A program made the position numbers and the translations under genes. From NCBI GenBank assembly GCA_025603075.1, contig MU626265.1:62001-126000 (forward strand): 64,000 nucleotides of DNA, given 5' to 3'. Below are positions 50,093-62,915 of this stretch, in pieces. Source of the stretch: Neoconidiobolus thromboides FSU 785. Taxonomy: Eukaryota; Fungi; Entomophthoromycota. The notes beneath the pieces were generated by a model. It ran no database searches and had not been told where the DNA came from. It saw nothing but the letters and a program-made list of their open reading frames with translations. How positions within the stretch are numbered: the stretch's first letter is position 1; each line of letters begins with the position of its first letter.

Positions 50093-50343
50093 ATTGGGGA
50101 TGTATTTTTGTGTTTAAGAATTTTACCAATAACTTTTCCACTCAAATAGCGCTTAAAGATAGAAAAAGTGATGCAGCCAAAAAACATCCTCATTATTGTG
50201 AATAATTAAAAATTAGGCAAAAAAGCAACTGATTTCATAAAGGGAGTGTTTTTTTCGGCTTCATTATTTTTTCCATTTTTAAGCACTATTCGAGTGGAAA
50301 ACTTGTTAGTAAAATTCTTAAACAAAAAAATATATCCCCATAT
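50093..50343. mobile_element. MITE family 1 head-to-head pair (reverse 50093-50195, forward 50237-50343)
   Basis: Two near-complete copies in inverted orientation about 41 bp apart. Confidence 0.85.
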
Positions 50344-51159
50344 CTTGTATTTGATTCACAATTTTTGTTGAAAATCTAAATTAGACAAAAATTGAACTAA
50401 ACTTTTAAACTTATATACATATATATATAACAACAAATATTTTATAATAGATTTAGATAAATGCACAATGTTATTATTAAAGCTATTATTAAATACCTGC
50501 ACTTATGGGTTTATTAATAACATTATTACTACTCATGTTTACCTATTATTATTTTAATTATAGTCTTTTTTAAATTAGTTTTTTTACTTTTTACTTATTA
50601 CTTATTACTTAATTTTAATTTATATTTAAAGAGCAATTTCAAAACCAATGTTATTAAAACTAGGAATAAAAAATATATAAATCTTATTTTTTTTTAATAA
50701 AGCCAGAAAATTAAAGTATTTTTTTATAACACCTTGATTTTTACCATTAAAATTTTTGATGTTGAATTTTTTTTAATATAAAAAATATTTTTAAGAACTA
50801 AAGATAAGTATTTGATAATTAAAGCTAATTTAATTTAGTTTTAATTATAACTACAAAGCTAACTATCAGCTATTTTAACTGGTATCAATTTAATAATTTA
50901 AATTAATTTTACAAATAAAGTATTTGCTTATTGATAAATAAAACAAAATAAGATAAATTAATAAAAAGTATAAATTTTAAGTTTTGTTTAAATACAAGTT
51001 TTATAATTAATAAAAGTATTACGCTATAATTTAACATAAAATTAAAAAACTTTATTAAAGTTGTATTCTATTTGGGATTTTCTACTATTAAATTATTTAA
51101 AAAATCATTTTGATGCATGTGGATATCTAAATTGAATTTATCTTATTCAAAAATTGAAC

Positions 51160-51263
51160 ATTTGAGAGTGTTTTTTGACTTCATTACTTTTTCCATTTTT
51201 AAGCACTATTTGAGCGGAAAATTTGTTAGTAAAATCCTTAAACACAAAAATACATCCCTAAAT
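51160..51263 (+). mobile_element. MITE family 1 copy
   Basis: Core AAGCACTATTTGAGCGGAAAATTTGTTAGTAA. Confidence 0.82.
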
Positions 51264-51471
51264 AGTTTATTAAATAATAAAAATCAATTATTAAATGTAG
51301 ATATTACCTAAGTTATTAACAGTTAAATTAATGAACAACTAGAAACAAACAAACATAATAAAAAATAAAACTTATTATTATATTACTTATATTATAAAAG
51401 TAGTTAATTATAGCTTTGAAGCCAATTACTACTTTTTATGCAGTTATTTATTAACTTAATAATAAATTAAT

Positions 51472-51577
51472 AATACGGAAATGTATTTTTGTGTTTAAGG
51501 ATTTTACTAACAAATTTTCCGCTCAAATAGTGCTTAAAAATGGAAAAAGTAATGAAGTCAAAAAAACACTCCTATAT
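51472..51577 (-). mobile_element. MITE family 1 copy (tail-to-tail with 51160-51263)
   Basis: Reverse core TTCCGCTCAAATAGTGCTTAAAAATGGAA. Confidence 0.82.
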
Positions 51578-52239
51578 AACTATAATATTAAAATCATTTA
51601 TCTATTCAATAGCATATCTGCAATATTGGCTATAAAGCAGTCAACAACAAATATTTTTAATAAAGTTTTGTAAAAATATGGCTTTATCTACATAGCGTTG
51701 ATTAGTATTGATACATAGTTTATATTATTAAAAACCTTTCTAATCCGGAGATTTATATTAAATCTAATAGAAATTCTGTTAACTTACAATATAAATTGTA
51801 ACAGAATGATTTAAAATTATGTCAGGTATTTTTTTGCTTTGAATAAAAAATTTATAAAATTTTAAGCAAAGTTTCTCAACTTTAAAATATTCAAAAATTG
51901 AACAAGATAAACATAATTTAGATATCCACATATGTAATATCAGATAATCAAATGAATAAATAAACTAAAATAAAGCGAGAATAATAAATAGACATATTTA
52001 CCGATATAGTCAATATTAAGAAAATCCACTTATAACTAAAATTTTGATCTTGATTATTTAGTGACTTTATTTCTTTCATTATAAATCAGAAAAGGGTTTA
52101 TATATACGGGTTCAAAGATGTCAATGTAGTTTATAGTTTAAGTATTTGAAAATGAGATTTGATATTTTGGTTTTTGTTTGATAAAATTCCTACAATACTA
52201 TAGTAGTTGAAAAATGAGTAACACATCAAAATTAAATAT

Positions 52240-52341
52240 ATATGGGGATGTATTTTTTATCTGAGTTTTATTAGTAATATTCTACTCAAATAGCGTTTGA
52301 AAAATGGAAAAAGTGATGAAACTAAAAAAATACACCCATAT
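52240..52341 (-). mobile_element. MITE family 1 copy
   Basis: ATATGGGGATGT...ACACCCATAT. Confidence 0.82.
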
Positions 52342-52834
52342 TTTTCTGTCCTACATGTCTATTTACCTCTTTTTATGAATAAAATTCCAATGCTTTATAT
52401 CTTTAATAAGAAATAGTTATATCGTTAAAAAAATAACACATTAGTTAATTTTAATGTAAAATGTAATTTGTATTCTATTTATAGGAATAATTTAATAAGT
52501 AAAAAAGGTTTAAAGTTTCGTAACATTTTAAAAAAAGTACAGTTATTATTTCAACTGATATCAAGAAAAGATTAGTATAGTTAGACAACTTAAATACCAG
52601 TTAAATATTTCAAATAAGATATATGAAAATCAATGATGTAGAATTTAGTATTTTAAAACAAAATTAATTAATGTTTAAGGTAAATTTTTTTTATCTACTA
52701 TACAAATTAAGTTAATAATAAAAATATTAATAGTATCGTTGTTGTTGGTAATGTATTAAAATATTTTATAGTTGCCAAGATTTAAGGGTTGTAAAAGATA
52801 CAGTAAAATTAATAAGTTGTATATTTTATATAGC

Positions 52835-52941
52835 ATATGAGGGTGTTTTTTTTGGGTTCATTACTTCTTCCATTTCTGAAGCACTGTTTGAGCAGAAAAA
52901 TTACTAGTAAAATTCTTGAATACAAAAATACATCCCCATAT
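52835..52941 (+). mobile_element. MITE family 1 copy
   Basis: ATATGAGGGTG...ACATCCCCATAT. Confidence 0.85.
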
Positions 52942-52961
52942 GATAAATAATAAAGCAACGA

Positions 52962-53076
52962 AACAATAAAACAATAAAACAATAAAATAATAAAATAATA
53001 AAATAATAAAATAATAAAATAATAAAATAATAAAATAATAAAATAATAAAATAATAAAATAATAAAATAATAAAAT
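52962..53076. repeat. 8-bp tandem repeat, (ACAATAAA) grading into (AATAAAAT)n, about 115 bp
   Basis: Read directly; it produces the spurious FIILLFYY ORFs on the minus strand. Confidence 0.9.
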
Positions 53077-53685
53077 GAGGCGGTGATAACAAAGGTAAAG
53101 ATTAAAATAGAATACTATAACATTCATTACCTTAAGTATCTATACTCTACCACTTTCTATAAAGAACTTAATTTACTTTTAATACTCCCATCTAAATATA
53201 TCAATTATTGAATAATCCCTTACCAGAATATTCATATTTTAATTTAAAATGTTTTAATACTAAATAATAAGTGGTTGATTATCGAATTCATTTATGCAAA
53301 AAATAAAAGCAGTAACTTGACATGAGATAAATTGAATTAAAGTATTTACCCAGTATTTGGCAGAAAAGAGAAATGGGATGAGCTGATAGTTGCTAGTAAA
53401 AGTTACTAATTATAGAATTCTTTTTGAGAAATAAAAGGAATTTATTCATAATTAACGGATATAAAGCCAAGGAAAAAAATTAAAAAATTAAATAGTCACA
53501 ATAAGATATTATCAACTTTCAGTTCAAATTGGAGAAGAAGGTGGAGATTTTTTTATTGTAAAAAATAATGATGAGATAATTAAAATAGTATAAATAGACA
53601 ATGAAATCTTCCACTGGATTATAATATTTAATTTGTTTATATAAATTAATTTTATAAAAAATTATTAACACATCAATAATACAAA

Positions 53686-54417
53686 ATGAATTTCACTCTC
53701 CTTTTACTTATCAGCTGGCTGTCATTAATAAAAGGACATAGTAATATGCAATACCCCACTCCTCGAGGTAATAAAGAATTTTATGGCTATTGTTCGCGTG
53801 GGTGGGGTTGTAAGACCGCTTGTGATTCGATGAAATCCGATTCTCCATACAACCAACCTTATACTCAAAAAAAGATTGTTCGTCGTGGAGAAAAGCTTAC
53901 AGTATCTTGGTTAAGACAAAATCATCCTGGAGGTTTTGTACGATTAGCTATTGTTCCAATGGCCAATAGTGATGATTTAACTGCTTTTGATAATAATATT
54001 GTAAAATATGTATGTTATGAAACCAATTGTAAAGAAAGTAGCCATGATCCAATGTTAGGTGATCTAAATGGACCTGGTTCAACTCAATGCACTACCGATC
54101 TTATTATACCTAATAATTTACCTGATGGTCCAATTACTTTACAATGGACTTGGTTTGGAGGAGGTGTTTTATATGCTGATAAAGAAGCTGCTTTTGCCAA
54201 TTATGTTTCTTGTTCCGATATGTTATTACAAGGTGGTCAACCTTATTCTTATGCTCCAGTAAAGGCTATCTTTCAAGGTGGTGATGTTGCTAATCCTCAT
54301 TCAAATCAATGTCGTTATTGGTCAAGTAATCACGTTAATAATTGTCCAGATGGTGCCGAAGATAAAGACAATTGTGGTTATGGACCAGCAAAAAATGGTA
54401 CGCCTGGCGGGTACTAA
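53686..54417 (+). CDS. Secreted histidine-brace copper protein, LPMO-like (AA11/AA15-like), intronless
   Basis: A 17-aa signal peptide ends at IKG and exposes His1 (HSNMQYPTPR). Second His in WLRQNHPGG; TLQWTWF and NYVSCSD follow; several Cys. Confidence 0.75.
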   Translation: MNFTLLLLISWLSLIKGHSNMQYPTPRGNKEFYGYCSRGWGCKTACDSMKSDSPYNQPYTQKKIVRRGEKLTVSWLRQNHPGGFVRLAIVPMANSDDLTAFDNNIVKYVCYETNCKESSHDPMLGDLNGPGSTQCTTDLIIPNNLPDGPITLQWTWFGGGVLYADKEAAFANYVSCSDMLLQGGQPYSYAPVKAIFQGGDVANPHSNQCRYWSSNHVNNCPDGAEDKDNCGYGPAKNGTPGGY

Positions 54418-54685
54418 ATTTGTATCAGATCGTTTTTATTAAATAAAATAAGTTATTTGTGATTGATAGAAACTGTTGTATAATTATTATATATATTTTT
54501 TAGAATTTTGTCATTTATAAAACTTGTTTTTTAAATACCAAAAAATCGATTTAAAACAAATTACACTACAAGTGACTTCATAGTCTAAAAAAACTAACAA
54601 ATTAAAATAGAATATACTAAAACTCAACTTAAATAAAAAAATCTATCCTCATCTACAACAATTTTTTTTTATTAACTCAACACAA

Positions 54686-56151
<1,466 letters not shown>

Positions 56152-56176
56152 GTTATTAAAATTAATTAGGTTTTGT

Positions 56177-56280
56177 ATATGGGGATATTTTTTTGGTTTC
56201 ATCACTTTTTCTATTTTTTAAGTACTACTTGTGTGAAAAATTATTAGTAAAATTATTAAATAAAAAATGCATTTCCATGT
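56177..56280 (+). mobile_element. MITE family 1 copy between the convergent HEM2 and AsnRS genes
   Basis: ATATGGGGATAT...ATTTCCATGT with core. Confidence 0.8.
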
Positions 56281-56449
56281 ATTACATTATATTAGTTCAA
56301 ATAAAATCTATTTTATCATGAATTATTGCTTTAATTAAGATATAAAAGCATATAAATACATCTTAAAATAAAGGTTATATACTTAGAACACTACTTTCAA
56401 ATCATCTATTTATTTGAATAGAAAAAACTCCTTTAATTCACTCACTTTC

Positions 56450-58431
56450 CTAAGGAGCACAACGATCAACGAATCTAGGATAAAGACAACAATCTCTGAC
56501 AGTCCATTGATTTAATAACCAAGCTAAGATACGTTCAACTCCTAAACCATAACCACCATGGGGACAAGAACCATACTTTCTAACATCATTGTACCAATAA
56601 TAAGGAGCAGGATCAATACCTTCTCTTTTAAATCCAGCCATTAATTCTTCTAAATCTTCAATTCTCATACTTCCACCTACAATTTCGCCTACATTAGGCA
56701 TAAGAATATCTACTGATTCCGTCAATCTTTGATCATGTTTAGTTTTTCTCATATAAAACGATTTGATTTCTACTGGGAAGTGACATAACATTATTGGTTT
56801 ACCAATTTTATCGACCATAGCACGCTCTGGGGCTTCAGGTATATCATCGCCAAATTCATAGAATGTTTTACTTTCTTCATCTTTATAAATTTTGTTTTCT
56901 TTTAAATATTCTAAAGCATCAGTATATTCCATTCTCATAAAAGGTCTTGATGGTTTTTGGAAGTTTGGATTTAATTCTTTAATAATTTCACTAGCTTCTT
57001 TATCTTCTAATATTTTATCAATTGTTGAACAAATTAAATCTTCAATATGTTCTAATAAATCATCAAAAGTAATGAAGGGTAATTCAGCTTCTAAATGGGT
57101 ATATTGAGATAAATGACGTCTAGTATTAGACTTTTCGGCTCTAAAAGAATCTGCAATACAATATGTGTTTCCTAATGAAGCTAAACAAGTTTCTAAATAA
57201 AGTTGGGAAGTTTGTGTCAAATATGCCTTTTGACCATAATAATCTAATGCAAATAATGTGGATCCTCCTTCAACTTGAGTTTGTACTAATGATGGTGGAT
57301 TGATTTCATAGAACGATTTTTCTTCAAATGTTTTACGGAAACAACTTAATAATTTGGAACGTACTTTTAAGATTGATGATGCTTCTTTACTACGAATAAC
57401 TAAATGTCGTTTATCTAATCTTAAAGATGGTTCTGAATCCTATATTAATTTAAAGTTAATTTGAACATTAGCATATTAGAATTCTTCATTTTTACTTACT
57501 TCAGTAACTTGATTAGTAAAAGCATCATCACCAGATGGGGCCTTTGAAATCAATTCCCAATAATCAGCAACAAGTTCATGATTACCAGGGGCCTAAAAAA
57601 TGATTATTACTATTTACAGATAGAAAAACAAACTCTGAATTTACCTTTTTACCCTCTGGAAGTTCAGTAATAACACCATAAATAGTCACAGTAGATTCAA
57701 GGGTAAGAGTGATAGCATCAAAAGTATGACACTTTATAAAAAGAGTTAATTTTAATTAAATAATAAAAATAATAAACTAAAATTACCAATCTATTAGTCA
57801 AAACACATTGTAAAAAGCCTGAACCATCACGTAATTCAACAAACATCATATCTTTACCTTTAACATGAAGACGATGTACCCAACCAGATACCTTGATTCT
57901 TTTACCACGATTTTCAGTACTTTGACGGATTTGAATCTATTTAGAAAGCGGATATTAGCATCTCTTACATAATTTGATCAAAGCCAAAAACCCTTACTCT
58001 ATTAGCTTTTTCCAAAGATTTGTCTTCTTCTAAAGTAACTTTTTTAGCTTCTTCCATCTTTTTTTGTAATTGCTCTGCTTTTAATTTATCTTGTTCAGCT
58101 GACTTTTCAGCTTGTTCTAATAATTTTTTGGCCTTTTTTTGATTTTCTTCTGCCTTCTTTTTAGCCTTCTTTAATGCAGCGCCTGAAATGGGAGCATATT
58201 CTTCACCTTCAACTTTGATTACGAAAATACTTAAATCATTCCCAAGTTTTTCAAAGGCTTGGACAGCGGATTTAAAAGGAGAGTCTTTGCTACCAGTACC
58301 TGTGGAATCAGAGCCACTATGTTCGTTGACGTAAACTATAGAGAGAGAGAAAAGGTTACTTGTTGAATAGGAAGAAGAGTATAAACGATATTACCTTCTT
58401 TAAGTTCAGTTGGTTTGGCTGAATCAGACAT
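56450..58431 (-). CDS. DED81: Cytosolic asparaginyl-tRNA synthetase, multi-exon
   Basis: VSGWVHRLHVKG, YLTQTSQLYLE, FRAEKSNTRRHLSQYTHLEAE, GEIVGGSMR, PHGGYGLGVER. Confidence 0.95.
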
Positions 58432-58558
58432 ATGTTTAATCTGAAGAGAAATTTTAATTATAAATAGATTTCGAATATTTTTTATACATATTTATAGTAT
58501 TTTATAATGTACACTTACCAAATTGATGACAATAAAAGATCAATAAAAGAATGAGAGG

Positions 58559-58567
58559 ATGAGTCAC
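58559..58567. promoter_or_regulatory. Gcn4/CpcA-type site ATGAGTCAC in the AsnRS-HisRS divergent promoter
   Basis: Perfect TGA(C/G)TCA core at 58560-58566, between ATGs at 58431 (-) and 58733 (+). Confidence 0.55.
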
Positions 58568-58732
58568 CTTATTTTTAAAGCTATCAAAATTCCAAAATTG
58601 GACTTAAAATTTGGGATTTTTATAAAAAAGTTATTAGATTAAAAACAAAAATTTTCAACTGCGATTAAAAAATAGAAAATTGTGTTAAGTATTAGTCATA
58701 GCTTTTTTAAACTCTCAATCGCAGTTTACACT

Positions 58733-60904
58733 ATGAGCAATTTAGAAGAATTACAATCAAAATTAACCGAGCAAGCTAATTTGGTACGTTCCTTAAAAGC
58801 TGAAAAAGCTGAAAAAGAAAAGATAGATGCTGAAGTAGCTGTATTAAAAGAGCTTAAAATTCAAATAGCAAAACTCACTGGAGAAGATGGTACTAGTGGT
58901 AAAAAAGGAAAGTCCCAATTGGTATTAAAAACACCAAAGGTAAAGTTTGGTTACTTTATAAATTGTCTAATATGAAGGGAAGAACGTTTGAGTTTTCATG
59001 TTGACATTTTTTCTATAGGGTACTAAAGATTTTAATGAAAAAGAGATGGCTATTAGAGAAAAAATGTTTGAAACTATTATAAAAACATTTAAAAAACATG
59101 GTGGTGTAACTATCGATACTCCAGTATTTGAATTAAAGGTAAATATATTTATTTTTCTTTACTTTAAAAAAATAAGTATTTGTTTTCTTTATAAAATAGG
59201 AAGTCTTAACCAATAAGTATGGAGAGGATAGTAAACTTATTTACGACTTAGAGGACCAAGGTGGGGAAAAATGTTCTTTGAGATATGATTTAACTGTAAG
59301 TTTTTGTTATTTGTATTACAAACAAGCAATTTAAATTTATTAATATCTATCTTTCTAGGTTCCTTTTGCTCGTTACCTAGCAATGAATGGAAATTCAAAT
59401 CAACAAATTAAAAGATACCAAATTGCTAAAGTTTATCGCCGTGATCAACCTGCTATGACAAAGGGTAGAATGAGAGAATTTTATCAGTGTGTAGGTTTAT
59501 TATTGACTAATATGATATTAATTAAATGATGATAATAATAGGATTTTGATATTGCTGGAAACTATGATAAAATGATACCCGATGCTGAAGTTATTAATAT
59601 AATGATTGAAATTTTATCTGCTTTAGATATTGGTCAATTTAAAATTAAAGTAAGTTTAACATATTATAATATTAAATCATTAATTGTTATTGTTTTAATT
59701 TAGATCAATCATCGTCAAATTTTAGATGGTATGTTTGCAGTTTGTGGTGTACCAGAAGATAAAATTCGTCCTATTTCTTCAGCTGTAGATAAATCAGATA
59801 AAGTAAGTTTATCATTAATTATTCAATATTATATTTATATTTGTTTATATAATTCATTATTATGTTTAGCTTCCATGGGAAGAAATCAAAAAAGAAATGG
59901 TGGAAGAAAAAGGATTAGATGCTAATGTTGCTGATAAAATTGGAGAATATATCAAGTTAAAAGGTAACTATAAACTATCTGTTATTATATTAATTTATTA
60001 ATATGCTATTTATTTTTACAATTAAGGTGGTAAAGAACTATGTGATAAATTACTTGCTCACCCAGAATTACCGACCAATTCACTTGCTAAAGAAGGGATT
60101 GAGAATATGGCTCAATTATTCGAATATTTAGAAGTATTTGGTGTTGCTGATAAAGTAATTAATATTCAAAAAAATTATCCAGATAATATAATTAATATTA
60201 ATAATAATTATTTTAGATGTCTTTTGATTTAAGTTTAGCACGTGGATTAGATTATTATACTGGCGTTATTTATGAAGCTGTACTTGAATTACCTGAAGAA
60301 TCTGGTAATTTTTGTTTATATGTATTATTACTTTAAATCTTATATTAATATTCTATTAATAGGTCCAGTAACTAAAAGCAAAAAATCTAAAGATAGTAAA
60401 GAAGAAGAACAAACTAGAATCGGGTCCGTAGCCGCGGGAGGAAGATATGATAATTTGGTTGGCATGTTCTCATCTAGTGGTAAAAAAGATTCCAATGTTA
60501 AAATCCCATGTGTTGGTGTAAGTATCGGAGTTGAAAGGGTGTTTTCTATTTTATTGAACAAAGCTAAATTGGATAATATAAAATCCAATTCCACACAAGT
60601 ATATGTAATGTCTGTTAAAGATGGATTATTAAAAGAACGTATGGCCATTTCCAAAGAATTATGGAATCATGACATCCCTTGTGAATTTATGTATAAAATT
60701 AAACCTAAAATGCAGAATCAATTTAATGCATGTGATAGGGACCATATTCCTATTGCTGTTATTGTAGGTGAACAAGAAATTAAAGAAGGTATTGTTAAAA
60801 TCAAAATGATGTTAGATAAAGACGAAAATCAAGGGGGTGGCATTACTGTTAAACGTGAAGATTTGGTTGATGAAATTAAATCAAGGTTGGGTAAATTGAA
60901 TTAA
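58733..60904 (+). CDS. HTS1: Histidyl-tRNA synthetase with N-terminal WHEP domain, multi-exon
   Basis: WHEP ([13 protein letters not shown]...AVLKELK), [55 protein letters not shown] possible GTG start at 58682 is discussed under findings. Confidence 0.95.
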
Positions 60905-61094
60905 ATAAAATTTTATCTTGATTTATTGGATTTTATGTGATTAATATAATCATTATTATCTTTTAATTTAATTATTAATTAAAAAGGATAAAAAAATATT
61001 ATTACAAAATTAATGATGTCATTTTAATACTTTTTGATCAATTGAATCAATTGAAAATACAATTATAAAAAAGTCAAATTAAAATCTATTTAAA

Positions 61095-62463
61095 AATGAA
61101 GAGTAAAGACAAAAAAGTTGACATTTAAAAGGAGATACAATATATGAATGTATATCATGTAAACAATAATTAAAGTCACTCAATTTTTCAAAACTACGAT
61201 AAGATAAAGGAAGGAAATTAAGATTCAAGCTAGAGAATACATTAAATGATCAAAATATTCAAGACAATTTTACAGATAAAGATCGCCTTATTTATTCCAT
61301 AAATATAACATGATCCTAAATGTTATAATTGTATGTCGCAATCAAGGGCTCATTTACATTGTTTAATATATGAAAAAATAATGACATTGGATAAATTTGC
61401 AAAAAATCAGCATCAATTTAATGATAAAGCAAGATGTTTAACTTGTGTGAAACAAAGGAACGAAGGATATAATTGTTTTGTTTCTGATAGTGATCATGAT
61501 TATTCTTCTAGTTTGAAGATGATGGATGATACTAGTAATGTTAAATCAAGTGAATTAAAATTGAATAATGAGAATCATGATTGCATTGTATTAGATGAGA
61601 AAGGTTTGTCAAGTTTTGTTGTTGAAGGAAGGATCCAAACAGTTAATTATCGTGAGGACGTAGTTGAGTTTCTTGGTTCCGACTTATCAACCAAGGATAA
61701 TAAACATGAGCTTGGCCTAAAATCAAATCTAAATTATAGCGAAAGGGATACAAGGAGTATGAATGAATCTATTGATGAGTCTAGAAATAGCACGAAAACA
61801 AAAAGCCATAAATCCATCTTTGATGATAGTAGTAATGAAGAGGAAGGGGATAAGAACCAGATAGAGCAGGGTAATGGAAACCAAAGTGTTGCTTATTATA
61901 ATCGAAATAACTATAATTACGATAATAATTCACATTATAGTTCAAATAGCTATAGCTATAACGGCAACCCTCGATCCTATAATACGAATCCAACTTTTAA
62001 TAAACGATATACTCAAATCCAATCAGAGACTTAAATATGAATCCATCACAGATAAAAATGAGGTATAAGCCTTATAAGTAAGGAAATAGGCCTATTCCAC
62101 TAAGGGATTCTAATCGTAGAGGTCCTTCAAAATCACATATTATGAAATATGATTCGAATTATCGTCAAGGGTTGAAACTTCTTCCAAGAAGTAATACTCA
62201 TCGAAGCTACTCAGAGCCTAATGATAGAGGATATGAATGCCTTTATAGGAACAATAATAATGAACTTGGTTTTCGTTCGAGAAATAATGATATGGGTTAA
62301 CATGAGCAACAATATAGTTCTCAACAAGGCATTAATTCTTCAACTTAAAGATAAATGGTTAATGAATAAGTGCAATTTGATATTAGTAAAGAAAATGCAG
62401 CAGAATATTCGGATATTACACCGGCTTCTGAAATGAACTATGATGATCAAGTGAGTTTATAAT
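61095..62463 (+). pseudogene. Decaying gene with two Stc1-like zinc-finger remnants and a low-complexity N/S/R/Q-rich tail
   Basis: Remnant 1 reads YECISCKQ*LKSLNFSKLR*; remnant 2 reads HCLIYEKIMTLDKFAKNQ...ARCLTC. After a 1-nt frameshift near 62034 the frame continues with five internal TAA codons. Confidence 0.5.
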
Positions 62464-62528
62464 GTGAAGCTAAAAGGGAATTTACATAACTTGAAGAGTA
62501 AAGGCATTTGAAAAGTTGAAAATAGATG

Positions 62529-62635
62529 ATATGGGGATGTATTTTTTTGTCTAAGAACTTTACTAACAACCTTTCTGCTCAAATAGCGCTTAAAAAATGG
62601 AGAAAGTAATGAAATCAAAAAAAACATCCCCATAT
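62529..62635 (-). mobile_element. MITE family 1 copy
   Basis: ATATGGGGATGT...AACATCCCCATAT. Confidence 0.85.
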
Positions 62636-62723
62636 GCTAAATAATCCAATTTGTGTTTTTTTATTGTTTTTTCGATATCATACTATTCTACATATTTTAA
62701 TTTTTTATAATAAATGCCAATTT

Positions 62724-62824
62724 ACATGGACATGTCTTTTATTATTAAGAATTTTACAAACGATTTTTCCACTTAATAACGCTTAATGGAAAAATAAATG
62801 AAACTAAAAAATACACCTTCATAT
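62724..62824 (-). mobile_element. MITE family 1 copy downstream of mL40
   Basis: ACATGGACATGT...ACACCTTCATAT with a degraded core. Confidence 0.75.
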
Positions 62825-62915
62825 ATTAAACTTAAAAATAAATAAAAATGACAATACTCAATTTAAAATACCTTCCATAACCTTTAATTTTCTATAAAAA
62901 TCCTCCACTTTCAAT

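Noticed and set aside
62037-62463. TAA-to-Gln recoding as the explanation for the in-frame TAA codons
   Set aside because: LYS1, HEM2, ISY1, FKBP, DOM34 and others end on TAA, and the locus also has a frameshift, so pseudogenisation is simpler.
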